Positions 11,385-22,407 of a DNA stretch of 23,538 bases are shown here, piece after piece. A program made the translations under genes and the position numbers. Position 1 is the first letter of the stretch; each line of letters begins with the position of its first letter. Origin of the DNA: Utricularia gibba. Its lineage: Eukaryota; Plantae; Magnoliophyta. Below the pieces are notes generated by a model. That model was not told the DNA's origin, made no database searches, and saw only the letters and a list, made by a program, of their open reading frames with translations. The stretch spans positions 1 through 23,538 of the forward strand of contig NEEC01000221.1 of NCBI GenBank assembly GCA_002189035.1, given 5' to 3'.

Positions 11385-12058
11385 ATGGCCGCTTTCCAGA
11401 ACGCACGCGGTTATGGCTCGGCGGAACCCTCGTTCGCGGCAAGGTATGTTTCTGATCACTTACAGTTAGCTCAGTTTCTGTGTGAAACGAAAATGACATC
11501 CCCCATTTCACCAGGCACCACATCTTCATCAACTTCTCCGTGCAGGCCGAACCTTCCCCCGCGATAGTCCACGCCACCATCTTCTCCGATACTACGAGCT
11601 CCAAGACGGAGAAGCTGATGGAGATTTTTAAATTTCTCACCAAAACCATCATCCCCGTCGCGATATTTCTCCTAACACTTGTACGCGACAAGACGAACCT
11701 GAACGGTGTGCAACAGATCTTCCTGACGTCTCTCTTTGTGTATTCAACTCTACACATTCTCGCCATCATTTACCCTCAGAGGAGAAACGGGCGCCTTTTT
11801 TACGCTGCTGCTTCCGCCTCCGCTGCCTTTGCTCTCTTTGCGTTCCTCGCGTTTTTCATGCCTACGCGTTTCTCTTTCATTCCAGCAGTTTCTCTCTCTA
11901 TTGCTCTGATTGTTGTAGCGAATTGGGATAACTGGAATCTCCTCCGCCGTGACTCCGCCGGAGAAACTGAAACTAATCCCGACATCGTGGCACCACCACC
12001 GCCGCGCAGGCTACTGATGGTGTGTGATCGAAGCTGCTTTTCTTTTTATCGTATATAA
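11385..12058 (+). CDS. Uncharacterised ~4-TM membrane protein, copy A1 (2 exons, 200 aa)
   Basis: TATAAAT at 11343. Exon 1 11385-11443 (MAAFQNARGYGSAEPSFAA-R), GT-AG intron 11444-11514, exon 2 11515-12058 in frame with the 172-aa ORF (603 nt total). Four hydrophobic stretches. The splice sites are conserved in copy A2. Confidence 0.7.
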
Positions 12059-12377
12059 AACAACACTGTTAAGAGCATTGTACACTGTGTGAACGCGTGT
12101 TTGATGTATAATATTTTGTATCATTTTGTAATGTTTAATTAAAAATTATGAATGGAATTTTTGTGTACTATTTTTTGAGGAATAATTTTGGAAAAAAAAG
12201 GTTGTTTAAAAAAGGCAATATTTAAAACGGGCGATTGTGGCCGTAGGGGAAACCAGATCTTTTCTTTTCTTCCCTCTCCGTTATTTCTCTCGAATTGCGA
12301 GACGGTATCCGCTACCGCAGCCGGAAAAGTCGTTGTTTTCGTCAATTCTCTGTCCACGAATCTCTCACAGTCACAAA

Positions 12378-12607
12378 ATGAGTAACGGAGGGCTCCTCCA
12401 GATCGAACCGCTCCAGCTTCACTTTCCTAGAAATTTCCTTCTCCTCTTATTTTTGTATCCCTTGCCGTGGGTTTTTTTTTCCTAAGTTTTGATTGTCGAT
12501 TTGGAAGAATTCTTCCAACTTTATTTGGTTGTTTACCTTCTAATTTTTTAATCAACTTCTTTTTCCTTGGTGTTTCCTGCAACTGATCAACAAATCCGAT
12601 AATTATG
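12378..12607 (+). pseudogene. VAP27: VAP27 5' fragment (exon 1 and part of exon 2) in arm 1
   Basis: MSNGGLLQIEPLQLHFP from ATG 12378. The intron 1 donor is lost. A deletion-fused exon 2 remnant TTCCTGCAACTGATCAACAAATCCGATAATTATG follows. Confidence 0.85.
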
Positions 12608-12916
12608 AATGGAGTTTTTGTGTATTATTTTTGAGGAATGATGTTGTGAACGAAAAGGCAACTTGTTCATCGCCGCTTTCGACGCCCAGACGAAACTGTT
12701 CCCTTACATCAGGAGCAACGATATTCGTTCATCTCGCTCAATGCCCATTACTTTGGGTGTTGCAATTTTTGTTATTTATTTAAAAATAAATAATGTGCAT
12801 TGGATATTTTAATTTAGGGTTTGACTACTTTTCAACGTTTCAAATCAGGAGCTTGTTATTTCAAGGTTAATTCGACGAGGTCCGGTGGGTACGGATGCCA
12901 GTTTTATTTTCCGGCG

Positions 12917-13052
12917 AGTGGGGAGTTCAGTCGAACAGGTCGGTGCATGTTTCGATTTTTCAGTCTTGATTATGTATCCTGTTTTTGGCTGCACGAACAA
13001 TTTGGGTCACCCAAGGCGGTGACGCTCCACACAAACTTGGGAGATGTCAAGT
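12917..13052 (+). pseudogene. CYP18-1: Cyclophilin CYP18-1 5' fragment (intron 1 and start of exon 2)
   Basis: Matches 18294-18430 and encodes [12 protein letters not shown], then stops abruptly. A telo-box TAGGGTTT lies upstream at 12815-12822. Confidence 0.9.
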
Positions 13053-14522
13053 AACGTAGCCCTTGAAATATTAGCAGCACAAAGCATCTCAAGAAAGCAA
13101 TACCACTCTTCATAAAACATCGATTATATTTGATAATGAAGTCCACCAGGACAAGAGAATCCCTACTAACATCTTGTGTAGAATTAACTCAAGATTTATT
13201 TTCCTGCTTTCGCTAAGATAATGAGAACATAAAAACATCTTCCTTATAACCCCAGTAGAAAAGGATTTTTCAATTTTAAGGCAACTTCGAAATAACACTA
13301 TCATAGTATCAGATGTAACCTCAGTTGTAGTCCCCTTCTGTTCACCCAATGCTTTAAACATCTGCAATTATAAAAGAGATGGGAAGATTGTGATGCATTG
13401 CAAAACTGATGACATTTAAAAATTGTACAATACTGATAGGAAAAGATCCCAGGACTCACAGCATTAGAATCAGAATACTGATAGGCTGCCCCATTGTCTG
13501 AGCCTTCCTCCACTCCCTCATAAACTGGAGAAGGTGGCCTTGGAGGTGGAGGAACATACACAACTCTCAACTTGTTCTCATCAACATGATTTCCAGACTC
13601 TTTGTTGAACTGATAAAAGACATAAACATTTGTCAAAGAACATTTTTTTTTGGACATCAACCCGCATCTCTAATCAACTTATCAGGGTCACTGACAAGCC
13701 ACACGCCATTTCTGCAGTAATATCCTTTACTGTTGATCCAGGGCTAGCTACGACACTCTGGAGGAGGAATTTATCCTTGCACTGCATGTCTGGAGGAGCC
13801 TCCTTTTGTGCTTGCATTGTAACTGAAGGGCATAAATTATGAATCAGAAAACCATAAATTACTAGCACTGCGGAGTGGAATACACCCCGAGTCCTGCGTT
13901 CCTCTTAGGCAAAAGCGGAAGGATGAAATAAAAATCCATTACCTGCAACATCACATGTAGAGTGAGGAATGACGACTCCCGTATTCGGTGTCACGCAATA
14001 CTTTTTGGGGTTAGTTGTTTTCACCTGGAACGTGTTCATCAAGTCATCATCAAACGGAGATACTACACAATGGCATTGCAAAATTCCACCTTTAATCTTC
14101 CTTTACATTTTCTCATGTCTGACCGTAGGGATAATACGCTGAAAATCGTAACTTTGAGGAAGGAAGCAGCAGCATAATACCTTGAATGCAACATAATTAT
14201 CCGATTTGTTGATCAATTGCAGGGAACACGAGATCTGCTTCTTCAATTCGACTTTCAACGCACCAAGGAAAAAGAATTGGATAAAAAAAAAATTAGACGC
14301 GTGGAAGAAAATTCAAAGCCCAGAAGGCAGACAACCGAGTAAAATCGACAGATATCGAAACTGAACACGAAACAAGAATCCTTCCAAATCGACAATCAAA
14401 ACTTCAAAAAAAAAAAAAAAAAAAAAAGAAGCCCACGGCAAAGGATAAAAAAACAAGAGAAAGAAATCACAAGGAAATTGAAGCTCGAGCGGTTCGATTT
14501 GAAGAAGCTCTCCGTTACTCAT
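13053..14522 (-). pseudogene. VAP27: Vesicle-associated protein VAP27 (MSP domain), 3'-truncated with no coiled coil or TM anchor
   Basis: Exons 14522-14471, 14251-14181, 14024-13943, 13822-13707, 13609-13460 and 13361-13320 give MSNGELLQIEPLELQFPFELKKQISCSLQLINKSDNYVAFKVKTTNPKKYCVTPNTG...QAQKEAPPDMQCKDKFLLQ...PPRPPSPVYEG. Homology ends near the start of the next exon, where the CYP fragment abuts. The intron 4 donor is GCGTGT and conserved CVRPN reads CVTPN. Confidence 0.88.
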
Positions 14523-14834
14523 TTCTGACAGAAAATTGACGAAAAAATGACTTTTCCGGCAGCGGTGGCGGATCCCGGCGCACAATTCGAGAGAAATAAC
14601 AGAACAGGAAGAGGAGATCTGGTTTTCCAACCACCAGAATCTCCCCTTTTAAACATTGCCCTTCTTTAACAATCTTTTTCCAAAATTATATTTTCTTTTC
14701 CACCATTATTCCTCAAAAATAATACACAAAAACTCCATTCATAATTTGTAGTTAATCGTTACAATAGGTACAATTGATCATATAACACTGAACGTATAAA
14801 CAGACCTTGATGATAAAAAGACAAGCACCTCCGA

Positions 14835-15503
14835 TCACACCGTCTGTAGACTTGGCGGCGGAGGTGGCGCCTCGATGTCGGAATCAGCTTCAGTTTCTCC
14901 GGTGGAGTCGCGGCGGAGGAGATTCCAGTTATCCCAATTCGCTGCAACAATCACAGCAATAGAGAGAGCAGCAGCTGGAATGAAAGAGAAACGCGTAGGC
15001 ATGAAGAACGCGAGGAACGCGAAGAGAGCAATGGCAGCAGAGGCGGAAGCAGCACCGTAAAAAAGGCACCCGTTTCTCCTGTGAGGGTAAATGATGGCGA
15101 GAATGTGTAGAGTTGAATACACGAAGAGAGACGTGAGGAAGATCCACAGCACAGGAACACTACTCAGGTTCGTCTTGTCGTGTAGAAGGCTTAGGAGTAA
15201 AGACGTCGTGACGGGGATTATGTTTTTGATGAGAAATTTGAAAATCTCCACCAGCTTCTCCGTCTTGGAGCTCGTAGAATCGGAGAAGATGGTGGCGTAG
15301 ACTGTCGCGGGACGGTCTGGCCTGGCACGGAGAAGTTGATGAGGATGTGGTGCCTGGTGAAATGAGGGATTTCATTTTCGTTTCGTTTCACAAAGAAACT
15401 GAACTAACTGTAAGTGAACAGAGAGATTTGTTTCGTTTGTATACCTTGCCGCGAAAGAGGGTTCCGCCGTGCCGTGGCCGCGTGCGTTCCGGAAAGCGTC
15501 CAT
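14835..15503 (-). CDS. Uncharacterised ~4-TM membrane protein, copy A2 (2 exons; one -1 frameshift at 15309-15311 as given)
   Basis: TATAAATA near 15535. Exon 1 15503-15445 (MDAFRNARGHGTAEPSFAA-R), intron 15444-15354, exon 2 15353-14835. One extra C in GTCCCGCG restores ...VPGQTVPATVYATIFSD... into the 138-aa TM ORF. Confidence 0.62.
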
Positions 15504-16039
15504 TGCCTGTCTGAATACAGAGGGGTGTATTTATAGCGGAGGAGTGGATAAAGCACGGCATGTGGAGGGAGGGTTTTTTTAAAAAAATACCCACTCTCTT
15601 TTAATTGGACTGTCGAGCGGAGTTCTACTTTTCGCCGACTCCTGAGGAAAAAGGAGATCGACAGATTGACGAATAGACGTCGAGAAATGTAGCGAAAGGA
15701 GATAATTATGTTTTTTTTTTAATTCGCTGATTAATATTTTGATTTAATGCATTGTAAATAATGATTCAATATTTAAATATAATTTTTAATAATTTAATTA
15801 ATTAGAAAAACAAGGATGTATTTTAAAAAATTAAATGTATATATAAATAATTATGTAATTCTTTCAGTATTTTGAGTAATTTATGATTAAATTTTAAAAA
15901 AACGATTACAAAATGAAATGATGTTGTATTACAAAATATCAAATCAATATAAAAGAATTTTTTATAAAAATAATAATTGACATAAAAATTTAAATTTTAA
16001 TTGAACAAATTCTTAAAATAACAAATTTGAAAATAAAGC

Positions 16040-17480
16040 ATGTGCATACAAGAAAATGCATACCAAAAAAGATGCAAAGGAACTCTGGAGTAAAATTGAA
16101 GAAAACTTCAGACCCTTTACAATACAGAACAAAATGTTGCAGGATCAAAAAATTTCAAGACTCAAATATAAGGATGGAGAACCTATGGAAGACCACATAA
16201 GCAAGTTCGAAGACCTGGTAGACGAAATGACATCCATACGTATGGATCTGGACAATGAAACTCAAGCCATCAAGTTGCTTCAAACACTGACATCTAGCTA
16301 GGAGGTGTTGACAGGTATTCTCATGCATACATCAAGTGGATTGTCCTATGGCTCTATAGTGAATGCCCTATTGCATGAAGAATTGAGAAAGAAATATGTC
16401 TGTCAAGACTCAAAGGGGTCACTGGCCGTCACAAAATAGGGAGAAAAGTGGAAACACAAGAAGGTCCAAAACAAGAAGAAGGATTTGAAGGATAAAGGAA
16501 AAAGTGTGATAGAGTCAAATAGAAACAAAGGTTGTGAAGAAACGAGAACATGCTATTAATGCAAAAAGACTGATCACATAAGAAAACAATGCAAATTCTA
16601 ATTGAGGACACAACCCCAAAGGCAAACTACCAATGATTCTCAAGGACTCAAGAAAGTAGAGAATTCAAGAACAACGCTTCCTCATGTAGAAGAAGAGTTA
16701 CTGATATTACTTCCTCAATCAACAGATAGCGATATAATGGTATTCCAGACAACAGGGGAAGTAAACAAGGTGACATGTTTTGAATGGATTGCGGACTCCG
16801 CACCCAACTATCATGCCACACCCTGCAAAGAAATCATGATCAATCTTAATTTGAGGGATTATGGAAATGTGAAGATGGGAAATTTTGATGTCTTAAATAT
16901 TTTGGGGATTGGAGATATTCATGTTATCACAAACCGAGGTCACAAACTCACACTGGCGGATGTGAGATATGTCCCTAATATCTGCTTGAATTTAATCTAC
17001 GTGAATCACTTGGACCACTCAGGATATGTAAGTTCCTTTGGGAGTCAAAGATGAAAACTCATACAAGGATCAAGGGTGTGTAACATGGGAGAAGTGGATG
17101 GCAATCTCTATAAAACCCAGGTGACCCCTGTGAAATCTGAATCACACATGGTCACTCAAACAAACGATTCTCACAAACTATGGCACAAAAGGTTAGGACA
17201 CCTGTCAAACAAAGGCTTACATTTTCTGATGAAACAGAATCTAATTGATAAATGCCCTCTGAATAGACAACTTGCGAGGAATGTAGAATTGGAAAGCATC
17301 ACAGAACTGAATTCAACAGATTATTTCATAAAAGTGATGAACTTCTAAACACCATGTTATCTGATGTTGGAAGGCCAGTTTAATGCAAATCTATTGGAGG
17401 AATGAAATTTTTTATCAACTTTATTGACGACGCATCCACAAAGTCATGGGTTATTATGATACACAAAAAGAGTCAAACAG
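16040..17480 (+). mobile_element. Degenerate Ty1/copia retrotransposon fragment (gag, zinc knuckle, protease, start of integrase); no LTRs seen
   Basis: Gag-like AKELWSKIE...MEDHISKFEDLVDEM; CX2CX4HX4C with an internal stop (CY*CKKTDHIRKQC, ~16551-16592); protease WIADSAPNYHATP; LWHKRLGHLS; integrase start FINFIDDASTKSWV. Multiple stops and frameshifts. Confidence 0.93.
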
Positions 17481-18265
17481 ATGATGTTCCACAACGCCCC
17501 TCGGAGTCTGAACCAGATTCCCCTGATTCGTTGACACCCAACGTAGACATCATTCTTTCCAGAAGAAAACGCCATTGGAATGAAGCATGCTATGGAGATC
17601 ATTTCTTCCTCTTGCCAATGGATTCACTTTTAACTTCCAAACCAGTTTCTGCGATTGCCTAAATACGTGTAATTTTGCGGAGGATCTGTATAACATATTT
17701 GCTAATGAAGAAGATCTCATGGATGGATATGGACAACTTCAGTGGTTCGAGATGCCGCTTTTGGTTGCTTGTTTTGATGAAGGTTGGAGTGAGAAATGGG
17801 AATTTAAAAGACTAAAATGCCCCCATACCAAATATACCAGTATATAAAGAGGCGAGGAGAAAACCTAGAATGAAATTTGTCTCGATTCCGGAGGGCAAAA
17901 AGGTTAGATCTGATTCTGTCTCTCGCCTGCTCTTTACGCTGCGTGTGGATCACGATCGATCGATTCTGCGTTTTTTATTTCTTCCATATATCACATGAAT
18001 CGTGTAATTCAGAGCATCTGATTTTGCGGGTTCATAAACGTTAGGTTTGTGGTTTTTTCGTCTGCGAATCAGCGCCGTGTGTGTGTAGGCATTTCTTTCT
18101 GATTTATGCTTTTGTGAGAACACTTGCCACCAAGTGCCCTAATTTTTATTCAAAAATCTGCTATAATTCTATTGTCCAATACTGACTAGATCACTGGGGA
18201 GGGTAAAATCTCACGGAGATCAACGAGCCGTTGGTATTACCGCAACACAGATAACATTACGATAA

Positions 18266-19419
18266 ATGGTGAGTCTGATCTTCTTTTTCTTTTAGTGGGG
18301 AGTTTGGTCGAACGGGTTCGATGCATGTTTCAGTTTTTCAGCCTTGATTATGTATAATGTTTTTGAATACACGAATAATTTGGGTTACCCAAGGCAGTGA
18401 CGCTCCACACAAACTTGGGAGATGTCAAGTGCGAAGTTTTCTGCGACGAGGTTCCTAAGACTGCAGAAGTATGTTTTACTTTTGTTAACGATACATGCTT
18501 GTTTTTAACAGTTCTTTAAATTGAAACCTTAAATTTGTCATTGAATGTGTCCTTTCACATTTTTCGGTGAGTGGGCTGTTTTTGAAGTATTGCCAAAAAA
18601 CAAATGTGATTTTTTTGCTTATTACAAAACTAGTGTTACATTTGTGGGAAAATTATACAAAATACGTAAATTTTTTTTTTTGTGGAATCAATATTGATCA
18701 TTACTTCCACAAACTACGATAAATTTGCACCTTTTTGTTATATTGAATTGGTAGATCCTTGGTTTGCCTTGTATTTTTAAATGAGAAGATTTATTTTTTG
18801 AAGTTGAGTTGATCTTGCACCATATGGCAGAACTTTCTAGCACTATGTGCGAGTGGCTATTATGACGGAACGATATTCCATCGAAACATTAAGGGCTTCA
18901 TGATACAAGGTGGTGATCCAACTAACACTGGCAAGGGAGGAACAAGTATATGGGGTAAAAAGTTCAGTGACGAAATAAGAGAATCTCTCAAGGCTAGTTT
19001 TTCTGTATTTTGTAAATTTGGGTTTCATGAAAACTCATACTATGCTAGTGATATGTTTCTTTTTGAACAATCACTGATGTTCTTCTACTTCATTGCGTGA
19101 TACAGCACAATGCTCGAGGTATACTATCCATGGCTAACAGTGGCCCCAACACCAATGGAAGTCAGTTTTTCATCACATACGGCAAGCAACCTCATCTCAA
19201 TGGACTCTACACCATCTTCGGTAAAGTGATTCATGGATTTGAAGTTCTTGACATCATGGAAAAGGTATTCCAAGCAAATTCTTCCTTTTTATTTGTGTTG
19301 TCTTTCCTATAAATATTTTGACTCAACTCTTCCAGGCTCAAACCGGCCCTGGCGATCAACCACTTATGGAGATCAGAATCAACCGTGTCACAATACATGC
19401 TAATCCACTCGCTGGGTAG
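18266..19419 (+). CDS. CYP18-1: Peptidyl-prolyl cis-trans isomerase, cyclophilin CYP18-1/PPIL3 type, 160 aa
   Basis: Exons 18266-18268 (ATG only, inferred), 18394-18468, 18831-18992, 19106-19264 and 19336-19419. Translation [56 protein letters not shown]...[16 protein letters not shown]...HANPLAG*. Intron 3 has a GC donor. Confidence 0.93.
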
Positions 19420-20051
19420 GTTGAGTAGATTTTATCCTTGACTGTGCTCTAGCTTAGAAGGGCTGGAATGCCGCTCTCTCTTTAAACAAGTGAAGATTAT
19501 AGTTTTAAGTGGTGTATTAACTTTTCTCCCCCCCCCCCCAAAAAAAAAAGAAGTGTTTTACTACGATTATGATGATGCTTTTTCTCAGAGCTTCTAACTT
19601 GTGCCTTCGTTTGAGATGTTGTAGTTTTGAACATTGAGGACAAGTGTAGTTTATGCGTATTTTTTGTAGTGATAGAATGCATTATGGAACTGTGAACCTG
19701 CTTTAATACTTGTCTTCGATATCTTTGGTGATTTGACCAATTTTTCATGATCATCATCTGAATAATTCATTTTTGTAACACCTTATTTTATCATTCCTGA
19801 TCATGTAAAATCTCAATCTTGTTACTAAAAATAAACTTGTGATCCGGAGGACCAGCTACTCGATTATGATAATTGGGCATCATGGAGTTTTGGTTGTCTA
19901 CCAGATGCATGAACTGTTGTTAATGGGCTTTAGGATCCACATCAGTAAATAGTGAAAAGACAAGAAAATCCTCCATGCTCAGCTTCCTCGATATGCTGGT
20001 GGGTCGGAATTAAATCGAAAAGCATGACCAGATGCGGTGCCTAACCCATAC

Positions 20052-20089
20052 TTGATAAAAAATAAGGATATTGATAAAAAATAAGGATA
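20052..20089 (+). repeat. Perfect 19-bp tandem duplication TTGATAAAAAATAAGGATA x2
   Basis: Read directly at 20052-20070 and 20071-20089. Confidence 0.9.
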
Positions 20090-21558
20090 TCCAGGAGCTT
20101 AAAGTTCAACTTCATCTTATGTTGATTTAGGACCTGGGATTCATGAAATGTAAGTCAATGCATTCTATGAGAATTACGGAGGGATGTATAATAACGAAAA
20201 TTATCAAATGTTACAAAGAGACCATTCTGATTTTTGCAGGAGACAATCAGTGCTCCTAGTCATCTAATGTCATCGAGCATCAACAAGCGTCACTCTCTTC
20301 TACATGTCATCAAGCGTTGTCGGGAGTTGAAGGAGATTGGAGAAATTTTTGAAGATAAATGTTCGAAAAATGACTCTAGAAAGAGGTATAAGAGAATATT
20401 TGTATGTACTCGACTCAAAAAATGACATATCTCGCTCATTATGTTTTATAGATTATTAATAAAAAATGTAATCATCAAGAAAATAAATCACTAAGATAGA
20501 TTATTAATAATAAAATTAACCAAAGTAAATCACAAACATATTAAATAAGGAGGGTAAAATTGCAACAAAAGAAATATGCCCTTGAGATAAGTGATGCAAT
20601 GCATGATCTTGATGATGTGGGCTAAAAGTTTCTAAAGAAATAAGAATGTTGTGGTACACATTGTGGGAAATAAAATGTAATCCTGATGAATAGATGGAGA
20701 TGAACATCTTAGAATCGAATTTTCTAATTCTACATTAGAATCTGAGGGATTTCACGATTTATCTAGAAAAATTATCATTCGTACATTCTTTATCATATAT
20801 TAAGTTAAAGAATTTATATTATAAATAATTATTTTTCTCATCAATAAAAGGATGACCAAATTTCTAATACATCTTACATTGCCATGTTTCTACATTGAGC
20901 AAATGAAAAGTTATAATGATTACAACTTAGTGATAATAATGGACACATTGATCTCTCATTTTTTTTCTTCACAAAAGCTTGTTTTTTCTTTTTCTCTACT
21001 TCTAAGATAGCTATCTTTCATGTTTTGTTTACAAAATGCTTCCTAAAGAAACAGGTAGATAGAAAAATTGAGAAATTGTGGTTCAATTGAGAATAACTGC
21101 ATCTTTAATTCCCAAACAATATGCTTATATACACATACTTAATAATTAATTCATTTAAAAAATATCTATTCTATACTTTCCATTATTCTTTTTCTTTCAA
21201 CTCCACACTTGTCGCATTGTGCTGCCTGTGAGTTGCTTCCTGCCCAACAGATCGGCACACCTTCAAACGAGACAATATGACACTTTTGCACCTTCCCAAC
21301 TTCGACGTGCCCCTCCAACTATTGCGGCGGCCTTTCTGTTGCAGACCCAACCTGTAAGAGAAAGAGAAGAGAAGTTTGTCTGTTGTTCGTTCGCCGTATG
21401 TTTCTGTTCGGAGTGCGGCGCCGCCTTTGGGGTCGACAACGGAGATGTGCAGCTGAATCAAATGCTAACGTTAGCAATCTAGCAGGGCAGGGGCCGACGC
21501 CCCCGAATACTATTTTTTAAAAATAAATATTCATTTTTGGGGGGTATGTCTAATCCTA

Positions 21559-22052
21559 GAGCAAATGGACTCGGTTGATGATATACCCTTTTTGATAAAA
21601 AGTATTTTGTAAAATACTTAATTTTTTATTCAATTTGTAAAATACCTTTGTTACTTTGTCAAAAGTATGATATTCAATTATTACATGCTATTTGAATCGA
21701 GTAATTATATTCTCATGGGCGAATGGTCCATGCTTCTACACGATGAATTTCTTGATGGCCACTGCAGTAAAACCATAAAACAAAGCACTTGGTTTTACAT
21801 GCAAACCAAATGATTGAATTACAATATTTCAATCAATAGTTATCAATCATTGGAGTTATATATTCTATTTTAATCGAATAATTATTATTTTTCAATTCTA
21901 AATTTTTATTACATTTTCATTCGATTCAAATAATACGTGATGTTTAAATGTTTTTCGTATGACAATATGACATGTGATATTTCATAAACCGAATTAAAAA
22001 TATGATATTTTACAAAGTAATTTTTTGGACAAAGTATATTACCAATTTACTC
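21559..22052. mobile_element. Non-autonomous MULE-like foldback element with long degenerate TIRs
   Basis: The left arm (GAGCAAATGG...TATTTTGTAAAATAC...TTGTCA...TATTTGAATCGA, ~21559-21702) matches the reverse complement of the right arm (GAGTAAATTGG...TACTTTGTAAAATATC...TTGTCA...TATTTGAATCGA, ~21920-22052). No 9-bp TSD is recognisable. Confidence 0.5.
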
Positions 22053-22407
22053 ACACCAAATGCGTTCTCTATTGGTTGAAGTCACGGTCGTGTGTTTGAA
22101 ATTAAATTAAATTAATTTCATAATTTTAATATGCGAACATAAAAATTATTTATTTTGACCATCATTATGTGAAAAAACGATCATAAATGCCACGCACGCT
22201 TTACAAGTCCAGTACAAGACCACGCAGGGAGCTTTTAAGGCAAAGCACCTGCCTGAACCCTGAAGGTTTCAATACCGAGACGATCCCGACAACGTTTTTA
22301 TTAGGGCAGAAGAGTGTCCGGGAGGCGTCGTGGCTTGGCTTCACCGCAGAGCATGCAGCAGACCCGCATGCATGCAGGCACTCGAAGTCCTCCCTCACTT
22401 CTACGAA

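Larger units (their letters stand above)
11343..15535. repeat. Large inverted segmental duplication: arm 1 ~11343-12607, arm 2 ~14192-15535, spacer ~1.6 kb
   Basis: Co-linear reverse-complement similarity from the TATA box, through the 4-TM gene and the short intergenic region, into VAP exons 1-2. The arms carry many substitutions and indels. Confidence 0.95.

Noticed and set aside
13859-13895. Minus-strand GC hairpin (GGGGTG-TATTC-CACTCC) followed by CTAGT, resembling a Helitron 3' end
   Set aside because: It lies inside a normal-length VAP intron with co-linear exons on both sides.
14406-14427. Long poly-A run (also ~188-205)
   Set aside because: At 14406 it is the T-rich tract of VAP intron 1 on the minus strand. 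No retrocopy body or TSD at either site.
11025-15535. Pack-MULE or Helitron interpretation of the block with captured gene fragments
   Set aside because: The inverted arms are genic rather than TIR-like, there is no 9-bp TSD and no convincing Helitron ends, and the donor gene lies nearby. Local duplication and inversion is simpler.
19840-20460. Moderately GC-rich, possibly degenerate coding sequence downstream of CYP
   Set aside because: All frames are interrupted and no domain is recognisable.
21183-21482. Overlapping 92- and 87-aa ORFs, a QCDKCG motif, and the palindrome TGCTAACGTTAGCA before CTAG
   Set aside because: No recognisable family, and the Cys motif lacks zinc-finger context. 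The palindrome is only 2 nt from CTAG and is followed by C rather than T, so it does not fit a Helitron end.
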